Below are positions 10,793 to 22,700 of a DNA stretch of 64,000 nt, piece by piece. Made by a program: the position numbers and the translations under genes. Position 1 is the first letter of the stretch, and each line of letters starts with the position of its first letter. This DNA comes from Raillietiella orientalis (Eukaryota): positions 124,001 to 188,000 of the forward strand of contig JAYWIR010000037.1 in assembly GCA_036172245.1 (NCBI GenBank), read 5' to 3'. The notes beneath the pieces were generated by a model. The model was not told the DNA's origin and ran no database searches. It worked only from the letters and a program-made list of their open reading frames with translations.

Positions 10793-11019
10793 CGGAGGGT
10801 ACTCTGTTGACATCACTTACATTTTGTCATCGTCCCACAATGACAGAAGCCTTAGTTTCGGTAACTCGGCGGGTGAGCCGAGAGAAGCCACAGTGAATGA
10901 TGTCGTCGAGAAACTGGACTGAACCTCATTTGAAAGAGGCAAAGATGCTAAATAGGACAGTGTGCTAGAAGAATACGATGGATAGAAGCATGAGTGTGAT
11001 CTTCACGTGTTGAAAAACA
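10793..11019. repeat. Direct repeat, copy 2
   Basis: Same-orientation copy of 9316-9553, about 1.48 kb downstream. Confidence 0.85.
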
Positions 11020-13709
11020 ACCGCAGGTCGCGTCTCCTCCAGAAGTCAGTCTACATTTACAATCATTGAGACATTAATTGCTCACAAGTCCTGAACGATC
11101 TGCACTAATGTCACCACAGTAAAGCATAGGCACACTTGCTAAAATTCGGAAAGAGTTCATCATATAAACTTTCTAATAGATTATATATATATATAATCAA
11201 TTAGAAAATATATTATTTTTTTTTATCTATATATGCCCACCTAGATGGAGATTCCATAAATTTCCGTGTGCTCAGTATTATGAGAAGGCGTATCAATTTT
11301 TCAAACATCCACATCACCATCGTTTTCTTTATTCCAGCCATTATGAGAAAGCTTCGAGGAGAAGCTGATGTCGTAACCAGATGTGTTCGTGTTACTGCTA
11401 GTATAATCGGTTCTTTATCAGTATAATGATGATTCTGAATAATGGAATCATGGATCATCCCATCCCAGCTATGCCTAAATCCTACTGCTGACCATCCGTG
11501 TACAGACAGACTTCATGCATCCTTGATTAGGAATCGAAATGTGAGAACTGCAGATAGGGAACGGACACACTTTCTTTCGGAAGAGCAGTACGGCCGAAGG
11601 AAGGAATCGGAGGATTTGCACTCTGAATCGAAAGATTCTATAAGATAATAACGACGACGTGATTTCGGACCGAATCTGTTCTTCGTTCAGCAAGGGGCGA
11701 CGAAAACATTTTCGTTCTTTTATGGCGCACGCCCAGCATGTTCGCCTAATAAATAAGGACGGAAACTCTGTGTGCATTCGGGATTCTCGAATTGTGAATC
11801 ACACGGATGCCAAACACATTTTTTTTTTTTTTGCCACATACGATGAGATGATGCCCGTTTGCCTCGACGGCCACAAAAATCGCCATGCTATGCTGTGTCT
11901 AACCACTAAACCACCAGGACAGCCACGTTTTATTTTACGTGCCGACGAATTCCCTCCCTGGTGGCGCGGGAGCGTGAATGCCAAAAGGAAAAGGGGGGAA
12001 AAGGGGAGAAAAGGGGAGAAAGCACACACCCATCCGCCCGAGCCGCGGGAAGCGCTCGCCGGACTTCCAAGATGGAGCCTTCGCATTGGAACGCGCGCGC
12101 GGCCACCGCCGGCAGCGCGCGGGCAATTGTTCTTACGTCAGCAAACCTCCGCAGCCTTCCTCGTGCGTGAACAATGGAGGCGCCGTATCGATTGGCTTGG
12201 AATCGGTTCGCCTGCGAAGAAAGCAAAAGGTGCTCTCCGCATATGTGTTGAAACGTCCACTCGAAGCGAACGGCGCCCAATTTTTCTCTGCACGAATTCG
12301 TTCTTCCAAGGCGGCGAAAAAAAAAAAAAAAAAAAAGAAAAAGGAAAAAAAAAGAAAAAAAAGAAAAAGGAAAAAAAAACGAGGTGCTCTCTCCTGCTGT
12401 CCGAAAGAAATTTGTCCTTCCCAGAAAAATTTTTGCCAGTCGGACGCTCAACGCTCGGAACAGCTCCGAAAACCAACAAGCGTATCACGGGAATTTATTC
12501 GACGAACCGCAAATATTGAAACAGACAGTGTGTTCAAATCTTCCGGGGGAAAATCGAATTTCCTGTGCGAGGCTCAAGTGAATGAATGCAGTCTATCTGA
12601 AAATCTGTTCTGTATATTACATCACCCATGGACGAAAGTGAGCAACTGTTCGCGACTTACGTGGTGTTGCGGGCTTAGCCTACTGCGACCTGGTGCCTAC
12701 GAATCGAACAGCATCTGACGTGTGCTCCAAGTGTGCAAGGAGGAAGAAGAAAAAATTGATGATCGATATCGACTCCGTATCCTTCTGGAACAAGAATGCC
12801 GGTAAAAATGTGAATTCCATCCCCAGACTCATGTTCGCATCTCCCATTCAAGATGTTCTTGCTTTAACGTCGACAGCGACATTTAAGAGATTACACAGCA
12901 AATGACATTTTTCCACGCGTAGAAAAGAGACTTCTGGAAACTTCAAGCAAAAAAAGGCGCTGCGACAGAACCGGAAGAGCGACTTATTGTTGCCAGAACA
13001 TCCTGGTAGAGATCCTGGAAATTAAAAGGTATTTTTCCTCAAAGTAAAAGTTATCACGGGTGCATTGCAACGGGCATAACTACCGAGTATCTCGCACAAG
13101 TGCAACTGTTGTTTGCCGTGTACAGAATTTGGGTGTTCGTTTTTCAACTTACGTCGATATGAGTGTGCTGGGCGTTGTTTTTTTTTTCTTTCCATACCAT
13201 GGCACTATTATTAAAGTACGTGCAAAAAATTCATTTATTCCGCGCAATTCGGTTGATGCACATTTCCATGTGTACGTGTCACTTGCTTAAAATGAACGTG
13301 TGTTTAAATAAATTCCAAATTTCGAGCGATATTTTCGTTCCGTGCTGTAATATGCACTGAGGTTTATCATTTACTGATTTTAAATTGGAACGATTAGGGT
13401 TGGTTCCTACTTGGAACACTATAAAACAGAGGGCACCTTAAAAAAAAAAAAACACTATAAAATGCTTCAGTGTTTGTAAGTTTGACGAATCCTTCAAAAA
13501 AAGATATAAGGAGCTGATGAAGAAATGAATACGGCGGAGTAATTTGTATTTGCAGATAAAGAGATACAACTTATAATGAGGCAATGCCCTGTTCTAATAG
13601 AGAACGAGTCGGGGGGAGGGGAGCAAAAACTCGTCAAAGATTCTAAAAATTCCTGAAAATTGATTCCTGATTGAAATGATTAGAGATTCTGTGCCATTTT
13701 CCTTTCCAG

Positions 13710-16700
13710 ATGATTCGTTTTCCAAAGGCCGTGTTTTTCATTGTGAGCAATGAATTCTGCGAAAGATTTTCCTATTATGGCATGAGAAGTAAGTCTCAAA
13801 AATGGATGGAACGCGTGATTCTTAAGTGAACAGATTTCACGTTAAAGGAGTGGAGGTTTTAACAAGCTGAGAGTTGAGACGGTAGCCTCCTTGAAAAGCT
13901 TCCGTAAGGGGAGTTCACAAGCATGTTCATGAATTTCTAACGTTCTTTTAATGTATTCACATTTCCTTTTCCAAAATTCCACTCATGATGGAGAACTATG
14001 AGAACACCGTCGTCAGTCTTCCATCGTTGATATCGGAACGTTGATCTGTAAATCCGAGACCTGCAGTCGGATACTGGAGGATTCTCATGTTCCAATAATC
14101 TGTACTGAACTCATTTGTGTTGTTTATTATTTTGACCTTACCGTACATCCGTCTGACACTTGACCCTTCGACGACTCATTGGCCCCAAAGTTCGTCTTGA
14201 ACACTCAATATGGAAGGCTGACTTGATGGGTCGTCCGCCAGCGTGCATTCTGGGGTTGTGATTGGACCGAATCCGTGAACATGAAGGACTGCGAGTGGTC
14301 GTTGCCGGTGCTCAAAGCCGAGGGAGGGGTGAATGGGGTCGGGAAGAATGAGTCGGCGATGGGGGGAGGGGGGGGAGACCCCCTTTCTCTCGGGATCCAG
14401 TTCGTCCCATCTCGAGGAAGGGGAAGAGGGGTAAAGGGTGTTGTCGGAGTGCTCCTATGTGGAAATTCCATCCCCCTCCCTCCCCCTAAGCTGACGATTT
14501 CGTGCCACATGGGTAAGAGAACGCGAATTCTTCGACATTCCGGCCTCTTCCTCCCCGAGCTACCCCAGCGTTCATAGCACCACCACCCACCCCCTGTGTG
14601 GTGCTTCCGTGGAGTCGCCCGGCTGCTTTCCTTTCTGCTCTTCACGGACACCTGACGTGACTTTGGTAAACAGCAAGGGGCGTTCTTACGCGTAGCAACA
14701 ACACCCATCGACACTTCCCGGTTATCGGCAGATGTTCTTGTCCTCCCCTCCCCTAGCCTTCTTCCCTCCGCTCCGTGTTCCGCCCCGGACTTTGCCGTTT
14801 TCCGGACAACAAAATTCGAATGCTACAAAGTGAGGCGGCAGGAAGGCGACCGCTGTTTCCTCTTCTGTTGGAAGCGGCCTCCAGGCACAGTTCTCTTGCA
14901 GCAGACCCGTCGCTTGGAAAGAAAGGAAGGAAGCGGGAGGTTGTGCGGGGCTCTCCGAGGGTGGGTGATCTGCTGGGAGATACGGCGGGCGAGCCTTCCA
15001 CTTTCTTCGCTGCGTTCGTGCTGCTTCGCTGCGAGTCCAAGGAGACGGGGAAGGAAGAAGATGATCGGTGCCACCCAGCAGCATCGGCCTCCGTTTCTTT
15101 CTCATCTCTTCCTCTCCTTCCCTTAATCTTCACGAAGGAGGAAAGTTCCGCCTCCAACACAAGAAACTTCAAGGTGCAATGTGTGCTGTTTCTCTGGCCG
15201 CGACGCCGCTTACTCGTCTTCCCTGTCCCGTGCTCGCTCCCGGCATGCGCAGCTCGGCTGCGTGTGGCCCCGGTCTGTAGGCGGACGCGGCGGCGCGCGG
15301 CGGCGTTTCTTCGAAACTCTGGCTGCCTCTGTGGCGTTCACGTTCCACACGCACGGGTTCCTTGGCCATGTATTGCCTCCCGCGACGTGGATAGTGTGCC
15401 CTACGAATCGTAGAGCACACTATTCTTCGCATCAGGGCATTCGACATGCCGCCAAGTTCGTTACAACACGGGGTTCAGCGCTCCGCAGCATCCCTCATGT
15501 CATGTTCCGCAGTGTTCCCAGCATCGCGAGACGCTTTGCTCGAGTTGTGGTCCACGCCGTATGGTGTACATGATCGCGTTTTGCACACATGGAGGTGTTC
15601 TTCCTGTCTCTGGAATCGTTGCTCTGCAGTGTTCGATGCATCGCAGCTCTCCGTGTACCAAAGTGTTTCCCACGTTAGGTTTCCCGCTTCCGTCGATTTC
15701 ATATTCGTATGTTTTGGTGTTCATCGTGTTATGATATTCGAGTTCATTCCCGCCGTCCACCACTTGGCGACGTCTGATGCGTCGTGATCGATCCTTTCTT
15801 AAATGCGGCGCGATGTGTAGCACAGGCCATGCTGTTAACCATAGAGATCTCGTTCGTTACACTGCAGTAGCAAGGTCCTCTGCTTCGTTCGGTTCGGCAT
15901 GCCTCGACTCTCGTACACTGTCATGCACGGTACGTCAGGGTGTTTACCATGACATCCGTGGGTTCCATACATCACGGGGTTCTAAATGTTGATGGGACAC
16001 CGTACGTTCGACGCATTTTGGTGGGTGTGTTTCCAGTCACGATTTCACATGCATGGTCACGCTCCGTACGCCGCGGTATTCACCACGACTGCAGCGATCG
16101 CAGCTTCATGACTTTCGATGCCAACACTTCCGTCACGTCACGGGTTTGCCTTGGAACCTGCATCTCCTCCGACCAGCTTGCACTCAAAACCAGCAATCCG
16201 CCTTGGCAACACCCAAGGGCTCTCCCTGAAGGAAAGTCCCGTTGACCGGAGACGGCGAACAGCCGGCTGGATGTTCTCCTCGTTGTGAGAAGAGGCCAGG
16301 GAAGAGAGGGAGTCGGTGCTGTCAGGAGAAATCAGACGGAAGGTGGGGGCGAAGAGCAAGCTCGCCAACGGGTACTCCGGGAACCCCCAAGGTGAAGTCC
16401 GCGACACCCCACCCCCGCCTCACCCCTTACCCTCATGTTCCCCTCGATCCTTCTCGGAACCCCCTTCGTGGTGCTTCCTTGGGCGCGAGAGTAGTGGCGG
16501 CGGCGAAGGCAGTTTCCCTGCTGTGACGTCAAGCAGCAAGCCGGACGCCACCTCTGCAGACCTCCACCTGCTTCGTGTTCTCTGACTATCTACAGACCCT
16601 TGCAGCCATCCTTATCCTGTATCTGCGATGGTCACTGCTTTTCGACGACAACACGTCCACCGTTCTCTTTCACTCTTTCGTCGTGCTCTGCTACTTCAGT

Positions 16701-19700
16701 CCCATCTTCGGAGCCATCATCTCGGACAGCTGGCTGGGAAAATACAAGTAGGCACAGAGGAGGAACGCCCCAACAGGACGATCTCATCTCCTCCTTTTCT
16801 CCCTTTTTTCCAGGACTATCCTGTACGTGTCCCTGGTGTATGCTTTGGGGAACACGGTCCTGTCTGTTTCTGCCATAGGGATGTCAGCCTTTCCCAAGCT
16901 GTGAGCAAGGAGCGGGGCGGGAGACTTGGGGAGATGCTCTTTTCCCTCTCGTGACGTCCAGGGAGATGAGCATGCTGGGGCTGCTGCTGATTGGCCTGGG
17001 CACGGGAGGCATCAAGCCCTGTGTTGCCGCCTTCGGAGGAGACCAGTTTCGATTGCCGGAGCAGGAGCGAGAGCTGCGTAGCTTCTTCTCCCTCTTCTAC
17101 TTCTGCATCAACGCCGGCAGCACCATCTCCACGTTTTTGACCCCCATCCTCCGGGAGAACGTCCACTGCCTAGGAGAGAAGGAATGCTACCCCTTGGCCT
17201 TCGGCGTCCCAGCGTTGCTCATGGTCCTCGCCATAGGTTCGTGGGTTCGGCAGTTGCGATTCCCCGCGCACGGCGCGTCCGTCTGCCTGCTCTGAACAAG
17301 CGGAAGTCCCTGCAGCAAGAGCCACTTCGGCCTACGTTTGGTTCCCTCCTATCCCCCTCCCCTTCTTTCTTTCTTTCGCTCCCTCACCCAGTTTTTTTTT
17401 TTCTCTTCTTCTCCTCTTTCATGGCTGGTGCCGCGCACGGTAGTTCTCTCTTGTTCCAGTGATCTTCGTCATCGGGAAACCGTACTACAAGATATATCCC
17501 CCCTCAGGGAACGTGCTTGTCCGCGTCATGGGGTGCATCGTGGTAAGCAGCGACCGCCTCGAGGCAGCTTGAAACTTCCTCCTTGTGACATTCTCCCCTC
17601 CCCTTTCCGCTCCAGCGCGCCACCTCCGGGAAGCTGAAGAACATCGGCAAGCCGAAGCTCCATCAGCACTGGCTGCAGCACGCCAGCGACAAATACGATC
17701 AGGCCCTCATCAGGGACGTGAGCACTCTGCTCAACATCCTCCTTCTGTACCTGCCGCTGCCCATCTTCTGGGCCCTCTACGATCAGCAGGTGAGGCTCTG
17801 CCGCCACCTCTGTAAACTCTTCATTATCGCCGCGGGGGCGTCCCGCCACCACATCCGTTCAGGGATCCCGGTGGACCATCCAGGCGACCAAGATGGACGG
17901 TAGCATCGGCGGCGGCGTGGTCATCAAGCCGGACCAGATGCAGATCATCAACCCCATCCTCATCATGGTGCTCATTCCGCTCTTCGACGCGGGCATCTAC
18001 CCCTTCCTGAACAAGTTCGGCATCCTGGTGATGCCCTTGCAGAAAATAGTGACCGGCGGTCTCCTGGCTGCGGTAGCCTTTATCGCTTCCGGACTCGTGG
18101 AGCGGTCCATTGAGGTCAGCTCCGGAGCTCTTTCTCTCGGTTCTTTCAAACAACCTCTTGTCTTCTCCCATCCTCCCTCCTCTCTATCCTCTTCCCGACA
18201 TCCGTTCAGCGGATTTTCCGGAGCGCGTAAACCTCTCCTGGACTGCGTCTGAATCCTAGCGGATCGAGCGTGGCTCCCTCTGCACACGACGCTCCTCGCA
18301 GTGACGCTTCTTTGGTCCTCTCTCCCTTTTTCGTGCCGGTGCCCTTCTTCGGAGCCATTCTTCGGAGGTGGGTCCAACATCAGCGAATAAGAGAGAGAGA
18401 GAGAGAGATGCAGGGAGCATACTCCCTGCATCGTGGTTCCTAGCGAGTGACGCGGAGCGACGAGAAGGATCATGGCGGGAATCTCCACAGGAATCGCAGG
18501 CGAAGACGGGCTAAAGGAAGGCGTTCTCATCTTCGGGTTGCCACCCTTGCTGATCCTCCATCCTCCTTCCTCCCGGGAATCGCAAAGTGATTCCATGCAG
18601 TGCGGTGGGTGGGTGGGTGGAGGAACTTTTTTTTCCCTCTTGAAATATAGCTGAAGCGGTCCCTTTCCTCCTCCTCCCGCCGCTTCGCATCTTTCCCGGC
18701 TCCTCCGCCCCGTTCTTGTTTTGCCTGCCGGTTCCAAAGGAGGTAAGGGACGTTTAGGAGCGGCGAGGCCTTTTCGGGTGCGCACGTAGAGGAAGCACCT
18801 GAGAGTTCACGAGGGAGGGGGGGGGGAGAGAACCACATCGCGGGTTCGGTCCATCGCTGCTGCCCGAGGAGCGAGGGTCACGGCATCTCCGTGCTTGCCT
18901 CCGACAAAGATGCCCCAGGGAAGATGTGCGCTGGTTCAGGGGACACGAGGAAGAGTAGAGGAGGGGAGGTCACTATGAATAGCTTCAGGCTCCGAAGAAA
19001 ACGCTCTCCAGCTTTTCAAGCGAGTGGGATGCATTCGGGGTCACAGCAGAAGCGGGGATGTTCCCGTCATAGCGGAGGGAGGAATCGTCGCGGGTCGCGC
19101 TCTTCCCCCTCCTCAACTTTCATGTCTTCTCCCTTCTCCCCTCCCCTTTTCCTGCGTAACTTGTGGGAGAGTGCAGGATAGCACCTTGAGCGTGCGGTTC
19201 GCTTTAGGGAACGTCCGCCATATTGCCAAGAGATGGCTTCTCTCGACTGCACATCATGAACGGGCTGAACTGCTCCGTGCAGCTGAACACGAGTTGGATC
19301 GCACAAGAAGAGCTCAAGAAGATGGAACCGTTTGGGAGCGCCATCTTCGCGGACATCCCAGTGAACAGCTCGCATTCAGTCGTCCTCAGCGTCTCCCCAC
19401 CGTGCGCGGGAGCGGCAGGGATGGCCGGAGACGAGATCTCCTTCCTGCTGAAGAACCGCCAGGTAGGAGAAGCGACGCCACTCGGCGGAGGCTGCTGCTC
19501 GGCGTCCTGCCGCTTCCCCTCCCGCTTTCCTTACTCTCCCTCCACCCTCCCAGGGAAGGAATGAGGCTCTGGGGAAAAGTCTCGGCGCCACTGGACTCGC
19601 GCAGCGCTCGGCGCGCTTCCCCAGGCGGGGTGACGATGCGGAGGTCAGCTCGCGTCCCCCCTTTTGCGAGGCGCGAGCCGTGGTGCGACTTTGTTGGGGG

Positions 19701-22700
19701 GTTAGAGTGAGAAGGAGGGCGACTTCCCTCCTGGAGCGCGCGACAGCCCTTGGCGTTGATTGAATGCTTGGAGGGGGGTCGACTCCTGCACCTTCCTCCT
19801 GGAGCCCTACAATATTCCCATTGCCCAGGGCGGACCGATCACTCCCCCTTCCCTCGCCCTTGCAAGGGTGTCCCCGTAAACCGCGAGCTGGGAGACTACG
19901 TGAAGGGAGGGCGGGCTAAGTAGGGTGGGGTCCGCAGCCCTCCACCCCTTCCCTGCGTATGTGGGAGGGTGAGCTGTGGGAAGGGGGACTCGTGCTCGCG
20001 TGACTCGTGGTGGGTAAGTCGCTCCTGCCCGGCACCTGCCTGAATTCCCATTTCGCCCACCCTACCACCGCGGAGCTTCCCCTCCTCCCAGTGCCCGCGG
20101 CTTCTTGCCGCCCTTACTGTAGGGGGACACCGTGAGGGGGAGCCGGCCGGCCGGTTGCGTCCCGTTAGCTGGGGCTCTGCGAGAAGGGGGAGGAGGTTCG
20201 AAGCGACCGTGTCGCAGCGGCTTCCTTCTCCCTGCCTCCCCAAGTGACGTCACGCGCTCAGGCACAAGTGAACGGGCAGAGCTCGGAGGTGTTGTGCGAA
20301 GACCAGGAAAGCCTGAATATCTGCCTGGAATTCGGTCGGTCGGTCAGTCGGCTGGTTCTCCTAGCCTCCCCACCCTATCCGCACTGACGGCGGGACGGGC
20401 ACAGGAGCGTTCATTTCGCGGTCACGGAGGGACGTGGCGCCAGTACCGCGGACGGCTGCAAGGGACAGGCAAGCCGTTCGTCAAGCGAGACAAGAGCCTC
20501 CCCGCTGCTGCTGCTGCTGCTGCTGCTGCTTGCGCAGGTTGCGCGTCGGTGTGCTCCTTGTGGGGACGGACAGACCACGCTGATTGGATACCCGACGTGC
20601 GGCGCAATCACTTCCGTCCCCCCTCCTCCTCTTCCCCCCCCCCTCCCCCTCTCTCTTCTCCAAAGGGGAAACCGCAGTCCCGCGCGTACGCGGGAATCAT
20701 CGTTTTCTTTGCCCTCCTATCCCCTCCCCCTTTGCCTCCTTCTCCTCCCCCCCCCTGTGCCTTCTAGGAGAAGGCAGAGCCCGCGCTTTTGGAACGCGGA
20801 GGGGTGGTGGGAGCAAACGTACACCCCCATCCTTCCCCTTCTCTTCTCTTCCCCCCCCCCCCCCCCACGATCGCGCGCGCGCACATACACGCATACAGAG
20901 AGCGAGGAGGAGGAGGAGGAGGGGAAAGGGCGGCTACACACGCGCCCGACGCGTTCAAGAGGAAGGAGCCTTCTTGCACACCCGCAGGCGGAGCGTGGCG
21001 TTGATGTCCGGTTAAGGTGCGGGAGCAAGGAAGCAGAGGAGGAGGGAAGAGTTCCCCAACGGTCGGGGAGGAGGAGGAGGAGGACCCAGACGGGAGAGGA
21101 CAGGCAGATTGTAGCCTTCCCCCTTTCCGCTTCTCGGAGTCGTCGCCCTCGTCCCTCTCGGCGCAGCCCCGAAGCTGCCGAACCAAAAATGGGTGCCGTC
21201 GGGGCTGTCGACCCGGGGACAGGAAGAGCAGTTGTGGCGGCGGTGAGGGTGCAGCAGCAGCCCTCCTCTGCTCGACCTTTTACACCCTTACGAATTGAGA
21301 GCCAGAGGGAGGACTCCAGACCACCCGTCTAGGACATCCGAGGGATCGCCACTTCTCGGGAAGATCCGCACGCGTCCATCCCGCCGGCGTCGGCAGCAGC
21401 TGTGTGCGTCCAGGAGGACTCCCTTCCCCCTCCCCGCCTTCCTTCCAGCCAGCGGCGGCTCCAACGTCGCCTCTGGCGTGCGCTTCCGAGGGCGAAACCC
21501 GCCTTCTTTCCTCCTCTCCCAAGGGATCCTTCGCTCGAGGAAGGGAACTGAGCAGGATGGAGGACCACCTGCAGCCGTCGTCATCGGGAACGCCAGTGGA
21601 GGGCCTGCACGCCAGCTGGGCGTGCAGGAGGGGAGGGGCGTCAGGGGGGCGGAGAGAACATAAGGAGAGGAGTAAAGGGGAATCTGTGCTCTGCCCTCGG
21701 TCCGTCTCTCGAGAGCGTGGGGGGTGTAGGAAGAGGGGGGGAATGGGAGAATCTACCAGGAAGGGCAGCAGACCAGCAGATCCGGCAAGAGTCCTGCGCG
21801 CCTCCTTACTCTACCCCCCCACCATGCTCCCATCCCTGCTCCCGCCCATCGCCGGAACGGATTCTCTCCACCCTTCCTCGTCGGTGGCCGATTCGCTGTC
21901 GCGCCCTCGGGGGCTTTCTGCCGAGGTCGCCGGAGGGCAGACGAGCCGGACCTTTTAGGAGAACATTCCAGAACGCAGCCGCCATGCTTCTCGGGAAGAA
22001 AGGCGGAGGATCCAGCCTGCAATTCCTCCCGGAGGACGACACCACATTGAAGACCAACTATCCCAAGATCAGGTGAGAGCCTGCGCCACCCCACGGGCGT
22101 GGGGACTGCCGCAGGGGGCTTCTGCCCTCGGCAGAGAGCGCGCGCGCGCGGCACCGCTCCTCCTTCCTCTCCCCGCCTGGGGGTGGGGGTGGGGGGTTAG
22201 CATCGCCCAACGATCACCTGCGGCCAGCTGATCTTGCGCCCGGCGGAGACTCATTCTGGCAGGCTCCTTGTCGTGGCTCCTCCTCCGCGGCATCGGCGGC
22301 CTCCAAACGAGCGCCGTCGTCGCTACGGGAACCGTCTTTCCCTGCGAAAAAAGTCGCCACCCTCACCTTCCTTCGCCACACGGGGAGCTGCCGCCGGCGG
22401 TAGGCAGACGTGCGTGGTACGGGGGGGGGGGGGGGTACGACCTTCTTATTTCCTCGTTGTCTCCCTCTCCCTCCTTCTGATGAGGCTCTCCGATGGATCC
22501 TGCCCGGATTTCCCCGCAGGTTCGCTCCAGACTGCTCTGGGGAGGCCGCGCGGGGGCGCTCGTAGCTGCACGCCCCTCCGAACCGCCTTGTCGCTGAGTC
22601 CCTCTTTCTCCTCCCATCAGGCTGCATTTTCCCGAGAGGGGAAAAACCAGTAAGGTGATCCTCCAGGCCGCGGATGGCGAAGTCTTCACCTTCCCCTTCT

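Noticed and set aside
11659..12718. 286-aa and 246-aa ORFs with poly-Lys
   Set aside because: Translations of A-rich homopolymer tracts in overlapping frames; not credible proteins.
12590..12950. LINE C-terminal-like SLLRP..Y motif (a similar SVRP motif occurs at ~58880-59080)
   Set aside because: Single short motifs; too weak to call without a search.
15340..16140. CRISPR-like array or ankyrin/zinc-finger repeats
   Set aside because: No identical repeats with unique spacers, eukaryotic context, and no consistent reading frame.
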